A stretch of DNA of 32,000 nt from Bacteroidota bacterium (GCA_017860275.1 JAFNAQ010000002.1:25089-57088), one strand, 5' to 3'. Positions 9,386-18,668 are shown, counted from the stretch's first letter. The notes: generated by a model not told the origin, from the letters alone. Numbers and translations: made by a program.

Positions 9386-10765
9386 ATGGAAACCTCATTG
9401 TTTGCAATTCCAAAATCAGAAGGATTAAATGTAGAATTCAAATCCTCGTTCAATATTTCTGTAATAGAAACATTGGTTGCTTTTGCAAATAGTAAAGGAG
9501 GGAAAGTATATATAGGAATAAAAGACGACTTAAAAGCAAAAGGAGTCATTATATCTCAAGAAAGTGTACAAAATTGGATAAATGAAATAAAGTCTAAAAC
9601 AGAACCGTCATTAATCCCAGATGTTGAAATACTAGAAAAAGAAGATAAGAAAATAGTTGTATTAAGTGTTTCTGAATATCCAATAAAACCAATTTCTCTA
9701 CAAAATAGGTTTTATAAAAGAATAGGGAACTCAAACCATTTGATGAATGTTAGCGAGATTGCAGATGAACATCTAAAAACATTAAACACAAGCTGGGATT
9801 ATTACATAGACCCAAATCATAAAATTGAAAGCATATCCCTAACAAAAATAGAAAACTTCATTAATAAGATAGAAAAGAAAAATGGTATAGAGATAAAACT
9901 ATCACCAATTGACTTTCTTAAAAAACTAGAATTAATTCGAGAAGAAAAATTGACATTTGGAGCTTATTTAATGTTTTGTGAAGATAATAATCTGATAACA
10001 GATATTCAAATAGGACGATTCAAAAGTGAAATAACAATAATAGACAACTTATCCATATCAACAGATATATTTTCAGAGGTAGATGAATTGATTTCTTTTA
10101 TCAAAAAACATCTGATGATAGAATATATAATAACTGGAAACCCTCAAAGAACAGAGAGATTTGACTATCCATTAGAAGCAATAAGAGAAATAGTAATTAA
10201 CATGATAGTCCATAGAGATTATAGAAGTACATCATCATCAATAATAAAAATTTATGACGATAGAATAGAATTTTATAATCCAGGTAAAATATACGGAGAT
10301 ATAAATATTAGTGATATAATTTCAGGGAATTATATATCACAAACAAGAAATAAACTAATAGCAAAATGCTTTAAGGAAGTAGGGTTAATAGAAAAATATG
10401 GATCAGGAATAAAAAGAGTAATAGAACTCTGCAGAGATCATGGAATAAAAGACCCAGTTTTTGAAGAACAATCAAATGGATTTGTAGTAAAACTATACAA
10501 AAATATAATATCAGAAAAGAGTACGGAAAAGAGTACGGAAAAGAGTACGGAAAAGAGTACGGAAAAGAGTACGGAAAAGAGTACGGAAAAGATCTTGGAA
10601 TTAATAAAAGCAAACCCTAAGATAACAACAATAGAATTAATGCAAGAGACAGGACTATCTCAAAAGGGAATAGAAAAAAATATTTCAAAACTAAAAGAAG
10701 AAAACCAAATCAAAAGAGAAGGTGGAAGGAAAACAGGACATTGGAAGCTAAAAGCTAAAAACTAA
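9386..10765 (+). CDS. AlbA_2 (Schlafen-like) + HATPase_c_4 + C-terminal wHTH protein, the family often mis-annotated as 'RecG-like' or 'transcriptional regulator'
   Basis: N-terminal EGLNVEFKSSF...LVAFANSKGGKVYIGIKDD is the AlbA_2 signature and REIVINMIVHRDY...IEFYNPG is HATPase_c_4-like. The C-terminal ILELIKANPKITTIELMQETGLSQKGIEKNISKLK looks like a wHTH. Confidence 0.7.
   Translation: METSLFAIPKSEGLNVEFKSSFNISVIETLVAFANSKGGKVYIGIKDDLKAKGVIISQESVQNWINEIKSKTEPSLIPDVEILEKEDKKIVVLSVSEYPIKPISLQNRFYKRIGNSNHLMNVSEIADEHLKTLNTSWDYYIDPNHKIESISLTKIENFINKIEKKNGIEIKLSPIDFLKKLELIREEKLTFGAYLMFCEDNNLITDIQIGRFKSEITIIDNLSISTDIFSEVDELISFIKKHLMIEYIITGNPQRTERFDYPLEAIREIVINMIVHRDYRSTSSSIIKIYDDRIEFYNPGKIYGDINISDIISGNYISQTRNKLIAKCFKEVGLIEKYGSGIKRVIELCRDHGIKDPVFEEQSNGFVVKLYKNIISEKSTEKSTEKSTEKSTEKSTEKSTEKILELIKANPKITTIELMQETGLSQKGIEKNISKLKEENQIKREGGRKTGHWKLKAKN
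10514..10592 (+). repeat. 12-bp tandem repeat x6.5, in frame (EKST)n
   Basis: gaaaagagtacg occurs six times without a mismatch (10514-10585), plus a partial seventh unit. It encodes EKSTEKSTEKST... between the HATPase-like and wHTH regions. Confidence 0.95.
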
Positions 10766-10774
10766 AAGTGAAAA

Positions 10775-10968
10775 ACGGTATCGCCAAACTTTTCACTATT
10801 AACTATTAACTTTTCACTTAATATGGCATCGCCCAAACTTTTAACTTTTAACTTTTAACTATTCACTACCCTGCTTTTACCTTTTTACTTGCTTTTCACT
10901 GCTTTTCACTCATCACTCTTAACTTTTCACTTAATACGGTCTTGATTTTTGCAACTTTGTATCAAGAC
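10775..10968. repeat. Full-length mosaic intergenic repeat (left copy), inverted relative to copies at 27723-27823 and 28891-29027
   Basis: 10852-10946 is the exact reverse complement of 28914-29008 (95/95 by hand alignment). 10775-10874 matches the reverse complement of 27723-27823 with 3 differences. The copy contains GGCGAT(G/A)CC cores and the hairpin gtcttgat-N14-atcaagac (10939-10968). Confidence 0.9.
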
Positions 10969-11043
10969 ACCCGAAGACCAAAGGTCGAGAGCCACGAAGT
11001 GAAAGTTGATAACAAAACGGAATAAAATAAAAAAATAAAAAAA

Positions 11044-12309
11044 ATGGATATAAAGATAGCAGTGATCGGTTTAGGTTATGTAGGCCTACCGCTTGCAAGG
11101 TTGTTCTCAACCAAATACTCAACCATAGGTTACGACATAAATAAAGCAAGAGTAGAGCGCCTAATGCAAGGCGTAGACGAAACCTTAGAAGTAGAAGACT
11201 CATTGCTTCAAGAAGCAATAGAAAAGCATAACTTTATCTGCACAACCAATCTTGATGCAATAAAAGAATGTAACTTCTTTGTAGTAACAGTTCCAACTCC
11301 AGTCGATAAACATAATAACCCAGACCTAACACCACTATACAAGGCATCCGAAACAGTAGGAAAGGTAATCAAAAAGGGAGATATAGTAGTGTATGAATCT
11401 ACCGTTTATCCAGGAGTAACAGAAGAAGAATGCTTGCCAGTAGTAGAAAGAATCTCAGGATTGAAATACAACCAAGACTTTTTCGCAGGCTACTCACCAG
11501 AAAGAATAAACCCAGGCGACAAAGAACACACAGTAGAAAAAATCCGCAAAGTAACTTCAGGCTCAACACCTGAAATAGCTACGATAGTAGACGATGTATA
11601 TAACTCAGTACTAATAAACGGAACACATCTAGCATCATCAATCCGAGTAGCAGAAGCATCGAAGATAATAGAAAACTCACAAAGAGACGTAAACATAGCC
11701 TTTATGAACGAGTTAGCAAAGATATTCAACGCAATGGGTATAGACACTAACGACGTAATAGAAGCAGCAGCATCGAAATGGAACTTCATTAAGCTAAAAC
11801 CAGGCTTAGTAGGAGGACACTGCATAAGCGTAGACCCATACTATCTAATCCAAAAAGCACAGATATATGGAGTCCTTCCAAGAATAATGTCCGATGCAAG
11901 ACGCCTCAACGACAATATGGGAGAATACGTAGCAAACCGTGTAATAAAACTAATGAACAAAAAAGGAGTAGTTGTAAAAGATGCAAATATCCTAATCTTA
12001 GGAATAACATTCAAAGAAAACTGCCCAGACATACGCAACACAAAGATAGTAGATATACACTCAACCCTAAGCGAGTACACAAGCAATATCACAATCTTCG
12101 ACCCATGGGCAAACAAAGAAGAAGTAAAACACGAATATAACGTAGAAATTACCAACATCCTACCAAAAGAAAGATTTGATGCTATTATTCTTGCAGTAGC
12201 ACACAATGAATTCTTAGAATTAAACCTAACAACTTTAAGAAAAGATAATAGTGTATTGTATGATGTAAAGAACATCTTACCAAAAGAAATGGTAGACGGA
12301 AGATTGTAA
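11044..12309 (+). CDS. Nucleotide-sugar dehydrogenase, TviB/WbpO/Cap5O-type (UDP-N-acetylhexosamine 6-dehydrogenase-like)
   Basis: 421 aa with the N-terminal Rossmann motif IAVIGLGYVGLPLA and the catalytic region GGHCISVDPYYL typical of this subfamily. Confidence 0.85.
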   Translation: MDIKIAVIGLGYVGLPLARLFSTKYSTIGYDINKARVERLMQGVDETLEVEDSLLQEAIEKHNFICTTNLDAIKECNFFVVTVPTPVDKHNNPDLTPLYKASETVGKVIKKGDIVVYESTVYPGVTEEECLPVVERISGLKYNQDFFAGYSPERINPGDKEHTVEKIRKVTSGSTPEIATIVDDVYNSVLINGTHLASSIRVAEASKIIENSQRDVNIAFMNELAKIFNAMGIDTNDVIEAAASKWNFIKLKPGLVGGHCISVDPYYLIQKAQIYGVLPRIMSDARRLNDNMGEYVANRVIKLMNKKGVVVKDANILILGITFKENCPDIRNTKIVDIHSTLSEYTSNITIFDPWANKEEVKHEYNVEITNILPKERFDAIILAVAHNEFLELNLTTLRKDNSVLYDVKNILPKEMVDGRL

Positions 12310-12347
12310 TTTAAAATTTATAATTTACAATTTAAAAGTTGAAGAAA

Positions 12348-12470
12348 ATCTTAGCCGTAGCCCATAACGAGTTCCTAGAACTAGACCTACGCTCAATGCT
12401 AAAATGTAGTGGAGTACTATACGACGTAAAAAACATCTTACCAAAAGAAATGGTTGATGGAAGATTGTAA
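12348..12470 (+). pseudogene. 3'-terminal remnant of a divergent dehydrogenase allele (40 codons + stop)
   Basis: Translates ILAVAHNEFLELDLRSMLKCSGVLYDVKNILPKEMVDGRL*. It differs from the intact gene end at 23 of 40 codons, 15 of them synonymous. Confidence 0.9.
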
Positions 12471-12508
12471 TTAAAAATTTATAATTTACAATTTAAAAGT
12501 TGAAGAAA

Positions 12509-12631
12509 ATCCTAGCCGTAGCCCATAACGAGTTTCTAGAACTAGACCTTCGCTCAATGCTAAAAGAAAACGGAGTATTATATGATGTAAAAAACATCTT
12601 ACCAAAAGAAATGGTTGACGGAAGATTGTAA
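12509..12631 (+). pseudogene. Second 3'-terminal dehydrogenase remnant
   Basis: Translates ILAVAHNEFLELDLRSMLKENGVLYDVKNILPKEMVDGRL* and is close to the first remnant. Confidence 0.9.
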
Positions 12632-12668
12632 TTTAAAATTTAAAACTTACAATTTAAAAGTTGAAGAA

Positions 12669-12686
12669 GGCGGAAGATTGGAATTT
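12669..12686 (+). pseudogene. Micro-remnant of the dehydrogenase stop region
   Basis: ggcggaagattggaattt matches gacggaagattgtaattt, with the stop mutated. It is flanked by the same spacer words. Confidence 0.5.
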
Positions 12687-12721
12687 AAACTTTTAAACTT
12701 AAAATTTAAAAGTTGAAGAAA

Positions 12722-12862
12722 ATTCTAGCAGTAGCACATAATGAATTAAAATCTTTAAACCTTAAAGAACATCAAAAACAATTATCAGTATTGTATGATG
12801 TAAAATCAGTAACGCTAAAGGAATTAATTGTCGAAATACATAAAACTAAATACTATAAATAA
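12722..12862 (+). pseudogene. Fourth, strongly divergent dehydrogenase 3' remnant
   Basis: Translates ILAVAHNELKSLNLKEHQKQLSVLYDVKSVTLKELIVEIHKTKYYK*. Its stop overlaps the ATG of the next ORF (TAATG). Confidence 0.8.
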
Positions 12863-13551
12863 TGAAGTTTGACGAATATAATATTAAAGCAAGAATTTTA
12901 CCTTCAATTATAATTTTGATACCTATATTGCTTTTTTTTAATAATTGCAAAATTGATAATATTCAAGTTGTTTTTAATAATCTATTAAGTGTAAAAATAA
13001 TTGGAAATGTTACTCTGTCTATTGCTCTACTATTTTTATTAGTGCAAGTTAATAGATATATTGGTAAGTATATTTTTGAAAAGAGAATGTATAAAAAAGA
13101 GCTGGACATGCCTACAACAATTTTTTTATTATATAGTAATTCCGAATTTTCTAAGGAATATAAAAACCGATTGAGAAAACAAATAGAAAATGATTTTTTT
13201 ATCATTTTACCAGATGAACAATTAGAAAATACAAACTTATTAGAAACAAAAAAAAGAATAATAGAAGCTGTTGGATTAATAAGACATAAAGTAAAAAATG
13301 GAAGGCTACTTTTACAGCATAATATCGAGTATGGTTTTTTTAGAAATTTTATAGGCGGTTCTATAATAGGTTTATTAATTTCTGCATTTAATATTTTTTA
13401 TTTTTACATTATCAATGACAAGTTAATATTTGGCATCAATATTGGATTATCTAGTCTATTTGCTTTACTTTTTATATTTCATCGTCCAATAATTATTAAT
13501 TTAGGTAATCAATATGCAAAAAGATTATTTCAAGAGTACTTAGCAAAATAA
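12862..13551 (+). CDS. Hypothetical 4-TM membrane protein with a ~100-aa charged central domain
   Basis: 229 aa with two N-terminal and two C-terminal hydrophobic helices. I recognise no family. The start is coupled to the preceding remnant. Confidence 0.6.
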   Translation: MKFDEYNIKARILPSIIILIPILLFFNNCKIDNIQVVFNNLLSVKIIGNVTLSIALLFLLVQVNRYIGKYIFEKRMYKKELDMPTTIFLLYSNSEFSKEYKNRLRKQIENDFFIILPDEQLENTNLLETKKRIIEAVGLIRHKVKNGRLLLQHNIEYGFFRNFIGGSIIGLLISAFNIFYFYIINDKLIFGINIGLSSLFALLFIFHRPIIINLGNQYAKRLFQEYLAK

Positions 13552-13567
13552 TTAAACATAAGTAATA

Positions 13568-14512
13568 ATGATTAAAATACATTTTATAAATGTTGGACAT
13601 GGAGACTGCATTGTAATTGAGTTTTGTGATAAATCTAGAATAGCAGTTGTAGATATAAATATGTCAAAAGAGATGGATAATGATTCGCAAAGTGAAGTAT
13701 TAAATGAATTAAATTCTTATGATAAGAATCATTATCAATCCCTCAATTTTTCAAATAGTCAAATATTTGAAAAAGCGGGTTATAATATCAATCTAACCAA
13801 CCCAATTGATTACATTAAGCAATTGACTAATGGTTCCATATTTAGATTTATTTCAACTCATCCACACCTAGACCATTTATCGGGATTAAGTGAATTAAAA
13901 TCGAGAGTTGGAATATTAAATTATTGGGTTGTTAATAATAAATTATTAGTAAATAGTTCCAATTTAAGCAATAGTCAAAATGAAGATTGGACTTTATATA
14001 AGAAGCTTAGAGATACGACAGAGCGAATACAAGATGGAATTACTATTGTAAAACCAAAGGAAGGTTCTAAAAATCAATATTGGATTGAAGATAATATTAC
14101 AATTTTATCACCAAATAATAAATTAGTAAAATTGGCTGAAGAAACGAATAGGCCGAATATAATGAGCTACGTGTTATTAATTAATTATGCTGGTCATAAA
14201 ATAATTTTAGGAGGTGATGCAGAAGATGAAACTTGGGAATATATATATAAAAATCATTCAGATTTAATAAAAGATGTTACTATTTTAAAAGCATCTCATC
14301 ATGGTAGAAACAGTGGGTATTATCAATCTGCAATTGAACTTATGAAACCTAAATACACGATTGTTTCAGTAGGAAAAAAGCCAGATACTGATGCTTCTAA
14401 CAAATATAGAAATTATTGTGAAAATGTATTGTCAACAAGGTGGATGGGAAATATTGTATTTGAAATTCATTCAAAAGGAGAGATAAAGTATTATTGTGAA
14501 CATAATCGTTAG
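13568..14512 (+). CDS. Stand-alone metallo-beta-lactamase-fold hydrolase, ComEC/Rec2 C-terminal-domain type (predicted nuclease)
   Basis: 314 aa with NVGHGD near the N-terminus, THPHLDH (HxHxDH), GGDAED and KASHHGR. This is the motif set of ComEC-like MBL domains. Confidence 0.75.
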   Translation: MIKIHFINVGHGDCIVIEFCDKSRIAVVDINMSKEMDNDSQSEVLNELNSYDKNHYQSLNFSNSQIFEKAGYNINLTNPIDYIKQLTNGSIFRFISTHPHLDHLSGLSELKSRVGILNYWVVNNKLLVNSSNLSNSQNEDWTLYKKLRDTTERIQDGITIVKPKEGSKNQYWIEDNITILSPNNKLVKLAEETNRPNIMSYVLLINYAGHKIILGGDAEDETWEYIYKNHSDLIKDVTILKASHHGRNSGYYQSAIELMKPKYTIVSVGKKPDTDASNKYRNYCENVLSTRWMGNIVFEIHSKGEIKYYCEHNR

Positions 14513-14808
14513 ATGTCAATTTCAATAATTATAATATATCATTTTGTAATATTATATAGAAATATTTCTAAGTAAAGTTTAATGAATTGGTAGTAGATTC
14601 ACATTCAAAGTTATCATTTGGAGTATATTATTTAAATAATCAATTTGTTCTAAAGAATCATTGGAAATTGAAATAATATACAATGATAGAAATTAAAAAC
14701 TTTCAGCAATAAACAAATACTGAATGAATCCAAAGCTAACTATCATATTTTATCTATACATATTAAAATATCAGAAAAAGACTGATATTATTAAATTAAT
14801 AATGCTTA

Positions 14809-16050
14809 ATGTCTATTCGAAAAAAACTCTCATATAATCTTTTAATTCAGGCAATAGGTCCTATTCTATCTTTTCTTACTATTTTTTTAATTGCAAGGAT
14901 TGGTGGACCCAAAACACAAGGTTATTATGCTAGTATATCTGCATGGATTAATTTTGCTGTAGTTGTTGGGATATTTGGGTTTCCCCAAAGCTTCATCTAT
15001 TTAATCAATAAGATGAATACCTCTCCTAAAATTTTGATTAAGGGGTCATATTTTTATTCTATTTTATTTTTATTACTATTTATACCTGTTATTTTTGTAT
15101 TAATAAGTAATAATCTTATTAATAGTATTGTAATTAGTACTAATATTCAAGTTTTTATTTTAGGTGTACCAATAGCAATACTAATCCTTCATGGTTTATT
15201 AAGAGGAATATATTTAACTTATAATCAAAGTATTTTATTTGCTATTTTTTCAATTTTGCCAGCTTGTATTCTTTTCTTATTTGTGTTTATTGGTTTGATT
15301 TTTAAATATCTTAATTTTCAATTGATATACCTCATTTCATCTATTCCATTATTAGTCATTATTATTTTAATGATGAGACCTCTGGTGAATGATAATAAAA
15401 ATAATGATTATATTAAAAAAATATCTTGGAAAATATTATTTAATCATGGAATAAATACATTTTTACAGGCTTTGTTTTTAGCATCACAACCGATAATAGC
15501 GTATTGGATAATCAATAAATATATTGGGGGAACTATTGAAATTGGTTATTTTAATTTAGGATTATTTTTAGTACAAGGATTATTAGTTCCAATAAGTATG
15601 ATTGCACCATTACTATTTGAACATTGGACAAAAAATAGTAATTATAGATCAATAGTAAAAATAAATAAATTCAAATTTTTTATTTTAGAGTTCATTTTGG
15701 GTTGTTTATTAGCCCTCTCTTTACAATATATAATTCCAATAATTTTTGGATTTGAGTACATAAAATCAATAAGAGTTGCTCAAATTCTAATAATAGCTAC
15801 TCCAATAATTTTTCATACTAGAATACTAATACCAGCAATTCATTCTAAAGGTCATCCTATTATTAATACTTATACTGGCTTCTTAAGATTAATTCTATTC
15901 GTTATTATATCTTATACATGGTTGAAATTAGTTGATCATGGATTAACTGGTTTAGCAATAGCTTGGTCATTGTCTGAGCTTATTGTTGCTGTAATATCAA
16001 TTATTTTATTTAATAAATTATTTAAAGATGAATATTTATATATTACTTAA
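14809..16050 (+). CDS. wzx: Second oligosaccharide flippase (Wzx-like, MOP superfamily)
   Basis: 413 aa with about 12 TM helices, very AT-rich, and followed by acetyltransferase and polymerase genes. Confidence 0.65.
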   Translation: MSIRKKLSYNLLIQAIGPILSFLTIFLIARIGGPKTQGYYASISAWINFAVVVGIFGFPQSFIYLINKMNTSPKILIKGSYFYSILFLLLFIPVIFVLISNNLINSIVISTNIQVFILGVPIAILILHGLLRGIYLTYNQSILFAIFSILPACILFLFVFIGLIFKYLNFQLIYLISSIPLLVIIILMMRPLVNDNKNNDYIKKISWKILFNHGINTFLQALFLASQPIIAYWIINKYIGGTIEIGYFNLGLFLVQGLLVPISMIAPLLFEHWTKNSNYRSIVKINKFKFFILEFILGCLLALSLQYIIPIIFGFEYIKSIRVAQILIIATPIIFHTRILIPAIHSKGHPIINTYTGFLRLILFVIISYTWLKLVDHGLTGLAIAWSLSELIVAVISIILFNKLFKDEYLYIT

Positions 16051-16600
16051 GAATATTTTGTCACTAATTATTTCATATACATATTATTTAATAGGGAATA
16101 TTAGAGCTAGTTTGCTTGGTGTTAAATTAGGAAGAGGAGCTAAAGTAAGCCCAAAATCTAAAATAAAAAATGCTTACTATATAGGAAATGCAACAATAGG
16201 TTCATCAGTCATTCTTGGTAATGGAAGTTATATTAATTCAGGTACGATTATGACAGGTGTAATTGGAAACTATTGTTCAATTGGTTATAATGTTATTATT
16301 GGACCTACAGAACATAATGTTGAATTTATTACAACTTCTCCTAGTCATGCTATAAGTCTTGGTTATAAATCCTCTATTGTAGAAAAATTTAAAAATCCAC
16401 CAAATATAGAAGATGAGGTTTGGATTGGAGCAAATGTAGTAATTTTAAAGGGTGTCAATATAGGTAATGGTGCTATTATTGCGGCTGGTGCTGTTGTAAC
16501 TAAAGATGTACCTAGTATGGAGATATGGGGTGGTGTACCAGCAAAATTTATAAAGAAGAGAGGGATTAAATATAACAATTATGCAGATGGATGTTTATAA
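16028..16600 (+). CDS. Left-handed beta-helix (hexapeptide-repeat) O-acetyltransferase
   Basis: [49 protein letters not shown] is a typical LbH acetyltransferase C-terminus. The ORF overlaps the previous gene by 23 nt. Confidence 0.85.
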   Translation: MNIYILLKNILSLIISYTYYLIGNIRASLLGVKLGRGAKVSPKSKIKNAYYIGNATIGSSVILGNGSYINSGTIMTGVIGNYCSIGYNVIIGPTEHNVEFITTSPSHAISLGYKSSIVEKFKNPPNIEDEVWIGANVVILKGVNIGNGAIIAAGAVVTKDVPSMEIWGGVPAKFIKKRGIKYNNYADGCL

Positions 16601-17960
16601 TCAATTTTTTTCACTTATAGGATTAATCTTTTATATATTTAGCATATTTATATCTATCTTACTTGTTTCATCAAGTAAAAAGGATAAATACTCATTTAAA
16701 AATTTAACACCGATTTTTTTTATTTTAATTGTTGCACTATATGTATTGCCACTGTCACTTTTTAATTTTTCTCAATCCAATCCAATAGGAGATATTAGTC
16801 CTCAATTTTTCTCTTTTTCTCAATATATTCCTTATGCAAATATTTTATGTGCTGTTTTTAACATTACTTTTGTGTTCTTTTATAAAAAATTCACATTGTT
16901 TAAATGTTATTCAATGACTGTAAATACACAAAATAGAATAAAAAGATATGAATATTATATTATTTTTCTATTATTAATAATTTCTATCTTTATGCTTTTT
17001 CAATTAAGTAGAGAAGTTGGTGGTTTTCTTAACTTAATATTGTCTGGTTATGGAGTTACTAATCTATTTGTTGGTAAAAATCATTATGCAGTAGGTTTTG
17101 AATGGATAGTTTCATTAAGTATTATTTTATGGGGTAATGTATTATCAATAAAAAATAAAAAATATATATACATATACATGGTATTAATACTTATACTTTC
17201 TATTATTTTCTTTATCATGGGTAGAAGAGCTGTGTTGGTAATACTGATAGGAACTTCGGTGCTTTTATATTATCAACTGTACAAACGAATAAGTATTTTT
17301 AAATTATTATCTTTGTTTTCTCTTTGTTTCTATCTTTTAACTCTTAATGGTTTTTTAAGAGGCGACTCGTATGAAAACTTTTCATCATTATCTACTACCT
17401 TATATGAAAAGAAACAAAATATTGATAATGAGTCTTTGAATTATTTCTATACTTTGACTAGCGGAAATTTTGCAGTGCCCTATGAAACATTACCTCAAAT
17501 TGTTAAATCATTGGGTGTAGACTATAATTTAGGATTGGGTAAATATAGTTTTGGCCCTATTTCTGCTATTATTCCTAATGTCTTGTGGCCAGATAGACCT
17601 TTACCTCTCTCAAATTGGTATATGGCCACTTTTTATGATGTTAAGCGATTAAATGAAGGTCGTCAGTTTTTTTTATTAACTGCACCTTATATGGATTTTG
17701 GTCCAGCAGGAGTAATTTTGATTGGAATATTTTTTGCTTATTTCTGGGCAAATATTGTTAAAAGAGGTATTAAATACCACGATGATGTATTAGTAACTAT
17801 ATTAATAGCATTAGTTTTCTCAAATACTTTGAATATGGTATCTAATGATTTTTTAGGATGGGCAGTCGCTTTTTTTAAAGGTTATGGATTTCCTGTGATT
17901 ATTTTATTATTAATTAGAAAGATCAAATCAAATATTAAATATTATTTAAAGCTACGTTGA
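16581..17960 (+). CDS. wzy: O-antigen/capsule repeat-unit polymerase (Wzy-like)
   Basis: 459 aa with more than 10 TM helices and a large loop in the C-terminal half. It is extremely AT-rich, overlaps the acetyltransferase by 20 nt, and sits next to wzx. Confidence 0.6.
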   Translation: MQMDVYNQFFSLIGLIFYIFSIFISILLVSSSKKDKYSFKNLTPIFFILIVALYVLPLSLFNFSQSNPIGDISPQFFSFSQYIPYANILCAVFNITFVFFYKKFTLFKCYSMTVNTQNRIKRYEYYIIFLLLIISIFMLFQLSREVGGFLNLILSGYGVTNLFVGKNHYAVGFEWIVSLSIILWGNVLSIKNKKYIYIYMVLILILSIIFFIMGRRAVLVILIGTSVLLYYQLYKRISIFKLLSLFSLCFYLLTLNGFLRGDSYENFSSLSTTLYEKKQNIDNESLNYFYTLTSGNFAVPYETLPQIVKSLGVDYNLGLGKYSFGPISAIIPNVLWPDRPLPLSNWYMATFYDVKRLNEGRQFFLLTAPYMDFGPAGVILIGIFFAYFWANIVKRGIKYHDDVLVTILIALVFSNTLNMVSNDFLGWAVAFFKGYGFPVIILLLIRKIKSNIKYYLKLR

Positions 17961-18069
17961 TATAATTAATCGTTAGGTTTGGGAAAAAGGAATAAGTTAA
18001 TTAATATGTGTGATATATTTTGAATTAGTCTTTTGTTACCAATAAATTAAACCATAAAACCATACAATT

Positions 18070-18342
18070 ATGACCGACAAAGAAAAAATTGAAAAATTAG
18101 TCTCTATGGAAGTAGAGGATAAGATTAATGATCATTCTGCTGTTACTGTTAATATTTCTATCAGAGAGATTATGGCGGCTAAAGGTTTTTCAGAAGATAG
18201 GATTGAAGAGTTTATTCAAATATTTCAAGAGGAGATAGCAAGACTAATTGTTACAGATAGGGAAAAGTTTGACGATTTTATTAGGGAACTTAGTGGTATG
18301 GATAAAGATTGTAGGGTAGATATTGTTAAGGATGATTGCTAA
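18070..18342 (+). CDS. Hypothetical small acidic protein (90 aa)
   Basis: The ORF has G/T-skewed codon usage like the neighbouring real genes and is helical and acidic. I recognise no family. Confidence 0.45.
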   Translation: MTDKEKIEKLVSMEVEDKINDHSAVTVNISIREIMAAKGFSEDRIEEFIQIFQEEIARLIVTDREKFDDFIRELSGMDKDCRVDIVKDDC

Positions 18343-18668
18343 GATGAATTTCTAATTTTAAATTACAACTTTTAAATTACTCATTATCAACCTAAATATA
18401 TATTTATTTCTAGAAATTTAAAAGCGGTGTTGTTAAGATTATCAGGTATTTAATATTTAGATTAAAAAAAATATTAGAATAAAATTTTCGAATTAAATAA
18501 TAAATTAATTTATTCTCACGTTATATACTAAAATTTAGCGAAATTACCTGCATTTTTAATTATAAATTCAAGCAAAAATATAATTTGAGCAAGAGTTTAT
18601 AGATAAAAACTAAGGAAAAATAAAAATTAACCTTGAATTTTTGAATTAATACTTGATCTAAATACCTC

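Larger units (their letters stand above)
12187..12631 (+). repeat. Tandem array with a 161-bp period, made of the dehydrogenase 3' end plus a 40-bp spacer
   Basis: The stop codons at 12307, 12468 and 12629 are exactly 161 bp apart. The spacer tttaaaatttataatttacaatttaaaagttgaagaaaat is repeated after each. Confidence 0.9.

Noticed and set aside
10514-10592. The 12-bp microsatellite might be an on/off phase-variation switch
   Set aside because: The unit length is a multiple of three, so slippage keeps the reading frame. Only linker length would vary.
10939-10968. The hairpin gtcttgat-N14-atcaagac with a TTTG box in its loop might be a Bacteroides-style invertible promoter
   Set aside because: The segment between the 8-bp arms is only 14 nt, far too short for a site-specific invertible region. 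No invertase gene is present in the window. It is more likely a stem-loop or repeat module.
12187-12862. The regularly spaced repeats might be a CRISPR-like array
   Set aside because: The units are 161 bp and consist of recognisable coding remnants plus an AT-rich spacer. There is no short direct repeat alternating with unique spacers, and no cas genes are present.
14513-14808. The 296-bp AT-rich gap with small palindromes (tagaaatatttcta at 14567-14580; atatcag-N7-ctgatat at 14768-14788) might be a specific regulatory element or ncRNA
   Set aside because: Short AT-only palindromes are expected by chance at this base composition. There is no repeat family membership and no convincing promoter box or structure.
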